Of a stretch of DNA of 64,000 bases, positions 1-12,189 are shown piece by piece. Each line of letters begins with the position of its first letter. Positions within the stretch are counted from its first letter, which is position 1. Under the pieces are notes generated by a model. The model had not been told where the DNA came from. It worked only from the letters and a program-made list of their open reading frames with translations, and did not search any database. Where the stretch lies: NCBI GenBank assembly GCA_965202585.1, contig CBDBBG010000087.1, forward strand, positions 1 to 64,000, given 5' to 3'. Both the position numbers and the translations under genes were made by a program. Source of the DNA: Thalia democratica (Eukaryota).

Positions 1-1899
1 AATTCTGATATTTTATTAGTTGCAGTGTACTTCAAACGGCTTTATTTTAGGCTTATTTTAGGCTTTTAGGCTCATTTTGATTGTTCTTTTTGATTTTCAT
101 ATCTCGCCACTTACTCCTTTAACAGCAGACTCAAAATTTTGCAAACACTTTGTTGAGTAAAAAATAAGTTGTGTTGTATATGTTTTGAAACAAGCTTTAT
201 TTTTTTTTTCTATTTTAGTTTTATAATGTTACAATTTAAGATTGATAATTAACAGGAAATTTTATTACGTTTAGGTTTACATGAATTACTGAAGTTTCCA
301 TAAAAAACAACTACTTGCAGTAGTATGAGAAATTTACAGCTTTAGTATAAATAAAATCAGTTTTCAAAGTACATAATCTTTAAAAGTTGTGCTGTATTAT
401 AGTTAACGTTCAGTAACAAATCTTTATTGAAAATAACAATCAGTAAAAATAATTCTTATTTCTAAAATATTTTACTTTGTTGCATTAAATAAAAAGTTTT
501 CATTTTATTAAGAATATTTTTTTTGTGTAATGTTTGTATCATAACATAAAGTTTCAAAAACACTTTTTTTTATTTTAATTGAGTTTTGTTTTTTATACTA
601 TAGTTCACTTTAAAACATTGTTTAAATGATTTAAAATGTTTTAATAGCTTTGAATTTAGTTGTGCAATTAGAAAATTTAGCTATGCACAATTGTTTACTT
701 TAAGCTGCAGAGGGGAGTGATTATTAAATTTATAAAAAAGTCATAAAACTTTATACCAAAATAAAATATTATGCTTCAAACTGGCGTAGAAATTTTTATT
801 TTTATTAAAGTTACTATTGTCGTCGTTAAATAATATTTTAAGGTAGCTGAGCAGTCGTGATTTAATAAAATTTATTTTTGAACTGCTTTAAATTAAAAGC
901 TTTATACTAAGAACATTTATTAATTTTTGAAAACACTGCTTCAGACGAACTAAAATTTATTATCTATTATTTAACTGACAATATTTCAAATACATTGTTT
1001 CTGTTCAGTTAAATTTCTCTCCTATCAAAAAACTATTCACTACAAGTAGCACTCCTTTTTTTCATTATGTTTTAACAAGATAAACTACACAAAACTAACG
1101 TTTTTATCAGTCTTGTTTTAAAAATAATATAATTTTCAATCAAGAAACAAAGTGAAAATACTTAGTCATGTTTCATTTCGACTACTAAAGTCGTACTAAA
1201 GACTATTAAAGTCCTGGACAAGACGTTAAAAGGTATCAAAGTGGTGTGCGACTTGATAACCGAAAGTTTTCTTCGTATACCCGTTCCAAGGATTAAATAT
1301 TTTAAGCGTTTTTTTATCGTTTAATGAACTATAGTATTGAAATAATTTATACTTGCTAGCAAATAAATGGAATTAGAAATACTTTACTCGATGATAAGTG
1401 TTTTTAACTTTAATACTATAAAAACTTAAAAAAACTTTAGCCTGCAGAACACTTTTTCCTTTTAGGCCTGCGGAAAATTTGGATGCCGAGCGCTTATATA
1501 TATCAAAGATTTTATTTGCGAATTAATTTTTTTCATTTTTCTAAGTCTAAAAGTATGTTTTATAAAAAAAATTAAAAAAATTGTTTTATTTACAATTATG
1601 ATCTCGTTTTAAGAAACTAAGTAAGCATTAATCATTAAAGATCTAAAATAACAAATTAATATATACCTTTTATAGGTACCATTTAAAGCCGTATTACTAA
1701 GAAATTTTTTATAGAAAGATTTTTTTGGTCAAAAATAAAATTATCAGAAACACGCACATGTTTATCAGAATCAGCATAAAATTAAAAAATCTGGCAAAAT
1801 CGCCATAAATCAAGAATTTTTCGTTGCCTTTATTCCTTGTGTCAACATATCTCACCACTTTCTATCCCCGTTGACTTGTAAATACCCCCTTATTACGTA

Positions 1900-2330
1900 T
1901 GACAGCCACTTAAAAGATAAAAAGCAGCGACTTTTAACGACATACAAGTCGCACTTCTCTCTTGTCAGCAGAAGCCACACACGACAGTGAAGGAGAGAGG
2001 CGACAGAAGAAGCGGCTTTTGACGTCGTTGGAAGAACTTTGTGACGTCACAAGCAAAAAAGTGGTCGTTTACTTTTTCTTCTTGTTTGAAACTTGTCCTT
2101 ATTGGTTCTTAGCTCCGATCGTAACGAGATTGTATTCGAGATTTCGCCATCAAGTAGTTGGCTTCAATTGCGTTTTGTGACATCACAAACTAAAAAGTCG
2201 TATTTTGCTTTCGTCTTATTGTTCGAAACTCGCGCCTTATTGGTTGTATTTGCTCCGCTCCTTTCGAGATTGTTTTCGAGATTCCACCGTCGAGTAACTG
2301 GCTCAAATAGCGTTTTTGTTTCGTCGCAAT
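1900..2330. promoter_or_regulatory. CRE/CCAAT-rich promoter-like element with an internal 136-bp tandem duplication (single partial copy at 29640-29890)
   Basis: GTGACGTCAC at 2041 and GTGACATCAC at 2177; each unit contains CCTTATTGGTT. Confidence 0.55.
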
Positions 2331-3244
2331 TGTAATGAGTATGAGATCATTGTATTTATGTTTTTCAAAATTTACTATGAAATTTAAATGACAAATACTT
2401 GTAGGAGTTTTTAAGCTATATAAGCGTGTTTTATTAATAATAAAATGAGAACTTTTTTTTAAATATTTCTTGCTTTACATTGTTTCTAAAAATTACGAAC
2501 AACTTTAATCAGTAAATATTATAAATTTAAATCAATTTAAACTGCTTGAAAAACGCTTTATCGAAACACTAAAAGTTGAACAAAGTAACATTACAAACAA
2601 ACTTTCAACAATTGAAGCTATTAGTTTATGACGTATACTTTAAAAAAGTCAAAAAAAAAAAGAACTTAAGATACTCTAAAGACTAAATTGAATACAGGTT
2701 TTAAAAATGTAAATAAATTTTAATTCTAAATTTTAAAAAGCTTAACAGATGTTTATCAGTATAAACGTTTTACGTTAAGGAAAGTAGTATAAGAAAATTA
2801 AGCTTATGAAAGTTACTAGTTACAAATTTGGACAAAAGTTCATAAAATACTTTTTCAAGCTTTGTATTTATTTCTTTTAAATAAAACCACCGGTACTTTT
2901 AACAAGGAAGACTATCCTGGCAACGAAACGAGAAATTACATTAAGTTTCGAACTTGTGATTGATGGGTGAATAAAAACTTGTTTTTAATTTTTTTTTTTA
3001 ATTTTCATTATTACTCAGTTTCTTGTGTTACTTAATTAACATCTGAAATTTGCAACATAATTAGAATCGGCTTACTTCTACCACGGACTTTGTAAGAAGT
3101 TTTTAGAGTTCTTATAACTTGCTGTTGTTTAATAATTTATTTAAAAAGTTATAAAATAGTTTGATACAAAGTTCGTCTCGTTCCGACAACTCACTAAAAC
3201 AATTTAATCTTCTTTAAACTACGGAAGTGATAACTGACAGTTTT

Positions 3245-3375
3245 GTTTCTAAGCAACCATGCCACCTTAGTTGCTACGTGAGATGAGATCCGCGCTTATC
3301 TGCTTAATTTGATTACACATTTACTTGTCCGTTGCTTAGCAACCGTTGCCAGCGAACAAAATGCTTGAAAAGAAA
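3245..3375 (+). promoter_or_regulatory. Module D copy in ghost paralog P1a
   Basis: AAGCAACCATGCCACCTTAGTTGCTACGTGAGA...TTATCTGCTT; X-box GTTGCTTAGCAAC at 3331-3343. Confidence 0.72.
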
Positions 3376-3909
3376 CGGTTTTGTCAGTTTAGCATGTATG
3401 ATGTGTAATTCCACTGGTTACTAGACACTTATTGTTTTTATAAGTACAGAAACATACTTAGTACATCGATCTTGTTTTATTTAGATTTTATATTGTGTTA
3501 GATATGGTAATAAATATGCAATTTAATAGCAGAACATTTTATTAAATTTTAATTTTTGATAAAACCACTTTAGCTTATTAATATGTGCTGTACAGAATGT
3601 ACTGTTTAAGTTTCAGTGGAAGTTATTGATTTGTTTCATAGTTTCTAAATTATCAATTTTATACACATACACTTAAGGGAAATTTAAAAAGTCTGGCTTT
3701 TAATAAAAACATAATCCTTTTAAAGTTATACAACTCTGTGTATTTGTTTACATTAAAAGTTACTAGAGTTTAAAGCTACAGTGATTTAAAATATGAATAT
3801 TTTTTTGGTTACAATAAACGATACGCTAAATTCAAGGAAACTTAGCGGCTAGTTACTTAAGGTTATAGGTCTTTTAAAAGTAAAAACATGATAATTGTTT
3901 GATATTTAC

Positions 3910-4561
3910 CAGTGGCGTCGCGTGGTATTTTTCTTAGGTGGTGCAGAAAAAAAAAACCGAGTTGAAGGTGATCGATTTGCCCCTACTTGAGTTGTCTCTG
4001 CTCGAGTTGCCTTTGCTAGAGTTGCTTCTGCGTGAGTTGCTTCTTCTCGAATTGCCTATTCTCGAGTTGCTTCTTATCGAGTTGCTTCTTCTTGAGTTGC
4101 TTCTTCTCTAGTTGCCTTTTCTCGAGTTGCCTCTTCTCAAGTTGCTTCTGCTCGAGTTGCTTCTTCTCGAGTTGCCTCTGCTTGAAATGTTTTTGCTCGA
4201 GTTGTCTCTGCTTGTATCGCCTGTGCTCTGCTTAGATTTGTTTTCATTTTTTGTTTACAATAACTTGTGGAATGATACTTAAACCTCTATTTTTTCAGGG
4301 AACTTTCAACTTAGCTTACTTACCGCAAGATATTGATTTTGCGGTAATTCTTGAAGAAATTTTGCTGTTTTGAGTTTATTTGCGGCAGTCAGCTAAGAGT
4401 TTGCGGCAGTGAAGTGACCAAAATGGTCGTTTTCTAATTTGGAGTTTAATAAGAGATTTTGTTCTAAAAACTAACGAAAACGTACTAGATACTTAATTTT
4501 TTCTTAAACAATTTTAAGGTGGTGCAATTGCGGCAGTGCAACACCCCACGCGAAGCCAATG
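3910..4561. mobile_element. Non-autonomous hAT-type element (MITE), 652 bp
   Basis: TIRs are CAGTGGCGTCGCGTGG and (reverse complement of the right end) CATTGGCTTCGCGTGG. An 8-bp TSD ATATTTAC lies at 3902-3909 and 4562-4569. The paralogous site near 31670 is empty (single ATAATTAC). Confidence 0.9.
3986..4212. repeat. 15-bp minisatellite (consensus CGAGTTGCTTCTTCT), about 15 units, inside the MITE
   Basis: Directly visible tandem units; they explain the SCFFS-repeat ORF at 4032-4235. Confidence 0.92.
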
Positions 4562-4754
4562 ATATTTACTAAAATAAATTTACATACATTTTTAGCTTTG
4601 ATAAGTATTTGCTTTTATAAGGACTAAATACATAAAATAGGATATTTATACTACTGTTTTAAATGATTTAGAACTGAAATGAAGGCAATAAAGTCAAGTT
4701 AAAGTTAAACACTTTTCCTTCGGAGAGCAACAATTGAATTTTTTAATCTTAGAA

Positions 4755-4900
4755 CCAACTCAATCATTAACAGCTGGTTTCCACGAAAAAAAAAAGATTC
4801 ACTTCCTGTATGACGTAATAAAAGAAACATAGTTTGAATTTAAAATACTTTGGTGACCACTCACTCATCGTTTGTATAAGCCACTAAGCGAGGGTTAATA
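4755..4900 (+). promoter_or_regulatory. Module E: non-coding remnant of exon 2 in P1a (other copies at 31865-32000 and 43545-43690)
   Basis: CTCAATCAT..CAGCTGGTTTCCACG...AGATTCACTTCC..T.TGACGT aligns with coding exon 20417-20251, but the frame is broken. Confidence 0.7.
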
Positions 4901-5271
4901 CTCATAAAAACAAAGTTGTTATTGATTTGTGATTTTTCTAAAAAGTTCAAAGTTTTTAACTTTTTTTTTCAATTTGTATATTTCTTGTTTTCCTTTTAAC
5001 TTTGCAGATGTTCATACTGTTTCAGTAGCTGATTTTAATATTTTTTGATGATTTTATTAAATATTGACTAATTTATTTTTTAGTAACAAAAAAACTAATC
5101 AACAGTATCATTAAAGTAAAAAAACTACTTAAAAGTTTTGTTTAAATATTTTCTTTTTAATTTTAATGTATAATTAATTTTTTGTTTTGTAATTTTAAGT
5201 ATTATAAACTATTGAAAAATCTTCATACGACTTAAAAATTTAATTAAGTAGAATATCTCCCTTCCTGTTTG

Positions 5272-5500
5272 ATTATCAACCTTTCAAAGCTGCTACCCTG
5301 ATCGACAGATTGGGCGAGAAAGAATATCGTTGCCAGGGAAACGCGTCAACGTGATTACGGTGAAAAACTGTGGACAACATCAGGTTTAAAAGGCAATCGA
5401 GTTTCAATCTCGCCCTTTTTGAGTTGCTTCTAAAAGACTTATTTGAATTTGCGAAGCAATGGTAGGTAAATTGAAAAAATAAACGAAGTTTCTTTGCAAA
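5272..5500 (+). promoter_or_regulatory. Module F0 with X-box (other copies at 32338-32572 and 44118-44340; degenerate at 52295-52400)
   Basis: GTTGCCAGGGAAAC at 5329-5342; the P2c copy has GTTTCCATGACAAC at 52333-52346. Confidence 0.65.
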
Positions 5501-6129
5501 CTCATCAGACTTAAGTGTCGAGAAGTTGATCATTTCTTTTTCAGCCTTTTTGCTTGCAAGTATTTTATTATCTGCTACAAGTTATTAAAAAATGCACAAA
5601 CCCTTTTTTCTTCGAGTTTAAGAAAAACTGTAGTTTTGTCGTAAACCTAGTAATCTATTTTTATTTAATAACAGTAAAATAGAACTAAATGAAAAGTAAA
5701 ACACTTAACTATTATATCAATATGAAGTCATTAAAATTTCTCCAACTATTTTTTCAAAGTTTTAAAGGCGGCATAATAAAAAACAATATTTGCAAAACGA
5801 GATTACATAGCATAAAAACACTTAATAACAACTGTCAAAATTTTCATCTTACCACTTTACTTATAAGCAACTTTCAGCTTTTTTTGCTTATTATTTCTGA
5901 GAAATAAAAATACCTAAAAGCCTGTTTATACAAGCAAGCGAATTAATCCACTGAAATGTTGTGAATATAACAGTTATGCTTATAATCGACTCGATGTTCG
6001 ATGTTGTGGTTTCTTACAACTTTAATAATTGTGAGCCACACGAATTTTTCACTTCAGCGGGTACCAACGAAACTACTAATGCTTACTGAAGCTCATATGT
6101 CATGCCTCGTTCCTTGATTTAAAACTTTA

Positions 6130-6620
6130 CTGTCACCTTCTTCTGCTTTTCATTGACAACCTCCGTAGTTGGATTTATCATAAATTTATCGATTGACGAG
6201 AGCTTTCTCGTTTTGTCCAAGTTTCATTTTAAACCTTCGGCATATTGCTTACTTTCACGACGATAATTTTTTACAAAGCTAATGCGAAATCGAAAAAATG
6301 GCTTGCGAGAGTAAAATTTTTCCGATCAAAATGCAGCAGTATAGTAAAAAAAAAACTGTCGAAGATGCTTACTGAGGCTTATTTTTATTTCACAAAAGTC
6401 ACAACTTTTATACGGCTGTTTTCCATTGACAATCTCCGTCGTTGGATATTTTTGAAGTTTATCGATCGACAACAGCTTTCTCGTTTTGTCCAAGTTTCCT
6501 TTTAAACCTTCGGCCTGTCGTTTACTATCACGGCTTTTTGTTTTGGCGAAGCTAATGCGAAGTCGAACGAATGGCTTGCGAGAGTAAAATTTTTCCGATC
6601 AAAATGTAGCAGTGCTGTTT
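6130..6620. repeat. Tandem duplication, period about 273 bp
   Basis: CATTGACAA at 6151 and 6424; TTTCCGATCAAAATG near 6320 and 6592. Unit 3 has one copy near 45890. Confidence 0.85.
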
Positions 6621-6829
6621 AAAGTGCGTTTTGTTGATTTAGAGCCAGTCTGACTAACGTAAAAGCTAAGATTTCTAAATCATAGTCAAAATAATTACAA
6701 AAAAAGTATATATAGTTATGTTCTGTATTAAACATATAAAAGTTTGAAGTCAATTTAAAATCATCTGTAAACTTAAGTGTCTTTAAATTAAAAATTTGAA
6801 TTTAGATTTTAAATATACGTAATCTTAGT

Positions 6830-7060
6830 ACGACAGATTGAACTAGGAAATTTCAATTATGAAAGCCGAAGTCAGATTTCAGACTTCAATTTTCTTCATT
6901 TCAAGTTCTGAGTTTTTAATTTCCAATAATTTAAATGCGACATTTAAAGTTGTGACGTGTAGATTACGACAATTCCAAATATGGGTAATTCAAACTACGC
7001 AAATGTAAATTACGTCAATTCAAATTACAAAAATCGAATTTACGAAAAACTTCGTCAAAT
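6830..7060. repeat. Degenerate short-period repeat, probable transposon remnant (paralog at 46245-46500)
   Basis: Recurrent AATTCAAA(C/T)TACG and CGACAA units, similar to the ends of the 59268-59701 element. Confidence 0.4.
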
Positions 7061-9719
7061 TAAATGTTGGCATCTCATTTTCTTAGTTCAAACAACCAAC
7101 TATAAATATATGTTTGTTCATTTGATATATAACATTTTGTTCAACACAACTGTTTTATTAAAAAATATAAAATGTTTTGTTTGGCCCTTAAATAAAAAAT
7201 AAAACTAGCATTTTTAAATCAAAAAATTTTTTATTGGGATGTCAAATTTAAAAAGCTCTAAAACATTTAAAGCTCATACTATCTATATGTAGTACTTTTA
7301 AAACAAATGCCTAAAGTTTTTAAATATGTACTTGAAAAGTATTGAAATTTGTTTGAAATGAAAAACATTTTAAGTTTATATTGAAAAAAAAATATTAAGA
7401 ACTGTTTGTTTTATTAGCAATTTCAAACACATCACTTTACAGTTTACAGCCTCAAGATAAGACAAACCAAATAAGCCTTAGGTATTATTTATAAAATTTT
7501 TCAAGCATTTTGGTTTTTTTAGTCTGTCTAAGTTTACTGATTGAATACTTGAAATATAACTTAAACAACTATAATTAAGTTAAGAATAAAGTTAATATTT
7601 TAAAGTAAAGTACTTCTACACTTGATTTAAACTTAAAAAATAGTAAGTTTTTTTAAGTTTTAAAATGCTTTGTTTTTTTTTTATGAAGTTAATTTTTTTA
7701 GGAAGTCAATTTATAATTATTTTCCATGTAGATTTTTGTGATGGTTAGCTTTTATTGAATCTTTTTATAAACCTAAAAACGATTTAAAATTTATAAAAAT
7801 ATATATAAACTGACTATCAAAACCAAGGTCACTCAGATAACCAAGTTTAATAGCCTAAATGAAACATAAAAATTCTTCTCTTAAACTATACTTTTTCGTA
7901 ATTTTAGCTTAATTTTGTGCCAAGCAAGCTTTATAAATTGAGCTTAACTTTATTTTCACCATCAGCTCGATTACATCAATCTTGTGTGCGCACATAAAAA
8001 TAAAACCTAACTTATTTACCCATGATTTTAACAATTACCACCTAAAAATTGTGCAAAAATTTTTGCGCTTATTCTACCATATACAATGATTTTCATCAAC
8101 TGTTTAACTTATTATATTAAAACAAACAGACTATCTAAAATAGACTATTAAAAATTAAAAAAACAAATATTTTCTTGTTTCAAATTTTCTAGTAGCATAA
8201 TGATGTTTCAAGTATATTTTTAAAGAACAAATTACTGCAAAATTTAAAACTCAGGTTTTAAACCGATAACTTGTGCAGGTTTTCTTGGATCATAAACTAT
8301 ACAGAAATGTAAGAAGTTTATATAGTTTTAGTAGAAATGAGGCTATTAAAAATAAGCTTTGTTTTTACTTATCAGTTTTTCTGTTAATTTATCAATAAGT
8401 TTAAATAATCGTAAATTACTTAGTTAAACTTATTTGTAAATTTGTTTTTTGTAGAACACTTAAAATCGTACTTAATGTAATTTAAACATACTTGTAAAAC
8501 AAACAAAGAAAACATACGAAAAAATACTACAACGGATGTTTAGAAACTAAATCTCTGAAAAAAAAAAACTGTTTAAAGCTTTATTTGTTAAGAAAAATTC
8601 ACACAGGATATTTTCTGTATAAAATATCACTTACTTTTTACAACAACAAGTAAAAAAAGTTAATATTATACAATTCTCAATTAACGTAATATTACTGAGT
8701 AGTTTTCACAGCAAGCACAAGTCAATATTTCCGTCAGAATTTAAGCTTGAATTACATATATATGATCTCGTTTGCATTTTCTCCTTCGGTGGTCAGTTTG
8801 AAAATGTTGCTTAATGATAAATTTTATAAAATCTAGGATTTTAAGCGTACGTAAATATTTTTCAGAAAGACATTAGAGTGTATAAACGTTATAGATAGGC
8901 AACTTATACATTTAATTCAAAAGTTAATCATTTAACATAAGTATTAGATTTAAACAATAAGTTATTTAAATCGAAAAAATTACAAAAATACTTTATTAAA
9001 GGTCTTAAAACTTAAGAAAAATGTATTTGACAATTTTGGCAGACTTGAATGATTTTCAAAGTTGCCGAAATATCTTAACTATTATTTAATATATTAAACG
9101 ACAAAACCAATTCAATTAAAAAATGCTTGATCCAAGGACCTAGTGTGTAAAAAACTTTCAGTTGACAAGTAGTACACTAAATGGATACAGTTTAGCGTCT
9201 TCTCTAGGACAATTCAATGTTAATGCGCAATTATAGATGTGCACAAATCAAGCGATTATTAAAGATTTATGACTTAAAATCAGAAAGTATAATATACAAA
9301 ACTAATTATGCGTTAAATTATAAAAAAGTTAACATACTTGAATATTTAAGGCTTGTAGAGTAATAAGCTTAGAAGATAAATTGAGTTTATATAAATGTTC
9401 GAACTTAATTGCTTTAAATTTTTGTGACTATTTTTTTACAATCACCATACAATAAACACTTCCAAAATCTATTATTTGAAATATAAGTTAATTAAATCAA
9501 CAAGACTAGTTTATATTAACCAAGTAACTGAAGATTAAAGACAAATACTTAAACTTCTATTATTCTAAAAACATAAGATTTGATTTAAAAAAAGAATACA
9601 ACAAAAAAGCTTTTACAACGAACTCATAAAGACTGTATCGAAAAATGTTGCATTAACAATTCCTGACAAGCAAGTGAACTTCAAAAAACAATTTCAAAAG
9701 TTCAATGAAAATTCAACAT

Positions 9720-10130
9720 TCGAATATCGACGAGCAAAAGGCGGCATTCTGACGAGCTGCGCAATTTTCAACTCAACAATAAAACAACCAGCAATTTTCT
9801 ACGACGAAATTCATTTCCCCCCTCTCAAAGCGACAACACAACAATGAAATCTCGAATTTTCTTTCTCAGTTTCACGAGTAACAAGGCAGCTTGCAAGTGA
9901 ACGAAAAGCGAAAGGGGATAATCTCAGCAAGAAAAGAAGCAGCGAAATTAGGTGAGGGCAAGTTATATGTGAATGATTGGCATCAATTTTGTTTTTTTTT
10001 CTAAAAGCTCCTTATGCCGTTAATTAGAGAGGCAGCGAATATTTGCTGGCAGCGGAGGTTTACTGTTGGCACGATCAACACAAGAAGCTCTAAGGTGTAT
10101 TTCGTGCGCCTTAGTAACCTTTCACCAAAC
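9720..10130 (+). promoter_or_regulatory. Module B, inverted copy (orphan promoter region P2a)
   Basis: Near-identical to the reverse complement of 23830-24050. Confidence 0.75.
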
Positions 10131-10439
10131 GTCTTTGAAAAGTTTTAATTTTAATTCATGTCACCGAGATATGTCATGATGGTAGTACGTTTTCTTTGTT
10201 TATACTTTTTATTATATTTGAATAACTGTAAATTAGAGGAAATACAATAATAACAATTTTGTGCAATAAAAAGTTTATAAGTCAGTTGTAAACCGTTTTC
10301 TTTTCTTTTTTGATAAAAATGAAACATGTTTCTCAAAATAAAATTAGTGCATGAAGCTGAAAATTTGAAAAGTTTCCTTCTGAAAAAAAAAATGAAATAC
10401 AGTCGAATAGCTTCATATTGATTTCCGAACACAAAGCTA

Positions 10440-10920
10440 GAAACGTCGCCGACCTCGCAGGCTTTCACCTCGTCTTTTTATCTGCTTCTAAACGCATCGA
10501 GTTTTCAACACGAGGTGCTACCACACACAACGCGTCAATTACCTTTTTCCGCCAATCGAGCGCTCGGTAGATAGGCTTATTTTTGGCGAAAAAACGAAAA
10601 CAAAAGCAGGTAGTTAGAATTTAGTTAGTTTACGTTTCGTTTGTTTATTTTGCATTGAAATTGTTCGCACAGCGTCGTGCTGATCTTTCACTTTTTACAC
10701 TGCACTTGCTGATGTGAGGTCAAATTTTATTCTTTTCGCTGGCGATTGCCGATCAATGACGACCGCGCGATTTTCCGTGGCGCGGTGATGCTTCTGTCGT
10801 AAAAAAATTGTCAAAAATAATTTAGCAAATTTCATCACCGCTTCTAATGCGTGGTCGTGATTGGTCGTGACCGTCGTCGGTTGTCGCCGTGGCTGATTTC
10901 GGTTGCCATGGTAAGTACAT
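10440..10920 (+). promoter_or_regulatory. Module C, inverted copy (P2a)
   Basis: GTCGCCGAC, GCTACCACACACAACGCG and GTTGCCATGGTAA match the reverse complement of 22860-23355. Confidence 0.65.
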
Positions 10921-12189
10921 CGGGTCACGTAGTTTGACTTGAGCTCTTAATAAAAAGTTCTAAATAATTCTTTTAAGTTGAAAAAGGTTTTTAACTTTTT
11001 TTCAGAATATATTTTTTTTTTAAGTTTTCTCTTTGTTTGTCTATACTTATCTAGAATATTTTTGTTAAACTTAGGTACTAATGTTCAAAAAATTTAGTTC
11101 AAAAACTTAGTCTACAAAAGGTTGACACTCTAAAAGTTATTACTGTGGATTGAATTTTACTAATTATTTTTAACAAAAAGTTATTTTAATAAATGTTATT
11201 AATATTATGTAAATTGTCTAATAAGTAAACTTAAAAAAATGTTTTTATGCAAATTTACTTTAGTAAAGTTTAATACTTAAAGTAAAAAAAAGTAACAAAC
11301 AAGATTATAGTTTATGTTTTTTATTTACCTTTTCTACAATCTGTATATTGCTATTTGTAAAATCGATTTATTGAAACTGAAAATTGTTGTATTTTAGCTT
11401 TTATGCACAAATTTTGAATATATAACATATATATATATATATTATTATATTATTATTTTACTTTAATAAAAAGGTAATAATACTTTTTTTTTTCTAATTT
11501 ATTTCATTTACTAACAAATAATGAAACAAAAGGAGAATTTCAATTTTTATTTCGTTACTGGTTTCGGTAGCCTAAACACCGACCTTGACAAAAAACAAAA
11601 CAGTAAATAGTATTGAAAAAGTGGCAGTTACAAAAATTTATACTTAGAAATCGTGGAAAAAAAAAAACTTGTAAATTTATAATTACAAAGTTAAACGAAA
11701 TTTAAAGTCATAGAATCAGAAAATAACTAAAAATTAAAGAGTTAAAACACACAATAGAAACTATACCTTACTAGCAAAATTTGATACAAGTAGACATTTA
11801 TACTGTTGTAAATATATTTTAATTTTTATCTAGCTTAAAACAAATAAAAAACGGTAGATAACGCAGCAATACTCTTTTTATTTGATCATAAAAAACTTTA
11901 GATAATTATATTTACTAATGAAATATTCATTACTCTTTAAATCTTTTTAATAATGTTAATTTATAACAGAAAAATCTAGTTAAAAAGTCACATAAAAAAG
12001 CAGCAAAATAAGATACATTTAGTTTAATTTCTTAACAACTTATAGAATAAGGCAGAATTCACAAAACAAGCCTAACTAATTGTTAAGATTTTCGAATATA
12101 ATTTAAAAGATTTTATATAGTTTAAGCGCTTACAGAGCAGAACAAACAACCTATCCAATTAGCTACAAGTAATTCAGTTTTAGTTTTAA

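Noticed and set aside
3986-4212. Possible CRISPR-like array
   Set aside because: The units are contiguous 15-mers without unique spacers, there are no cas genes, and the context is eukaryotic.
4032-4235. Cys/Ser/Phe-rich ORF (SCFFS repeats) as a protein gene
   Set aside because: It is the translation of the 15-bp minisatellite inside the MITE; there is no ATG start or splice context.
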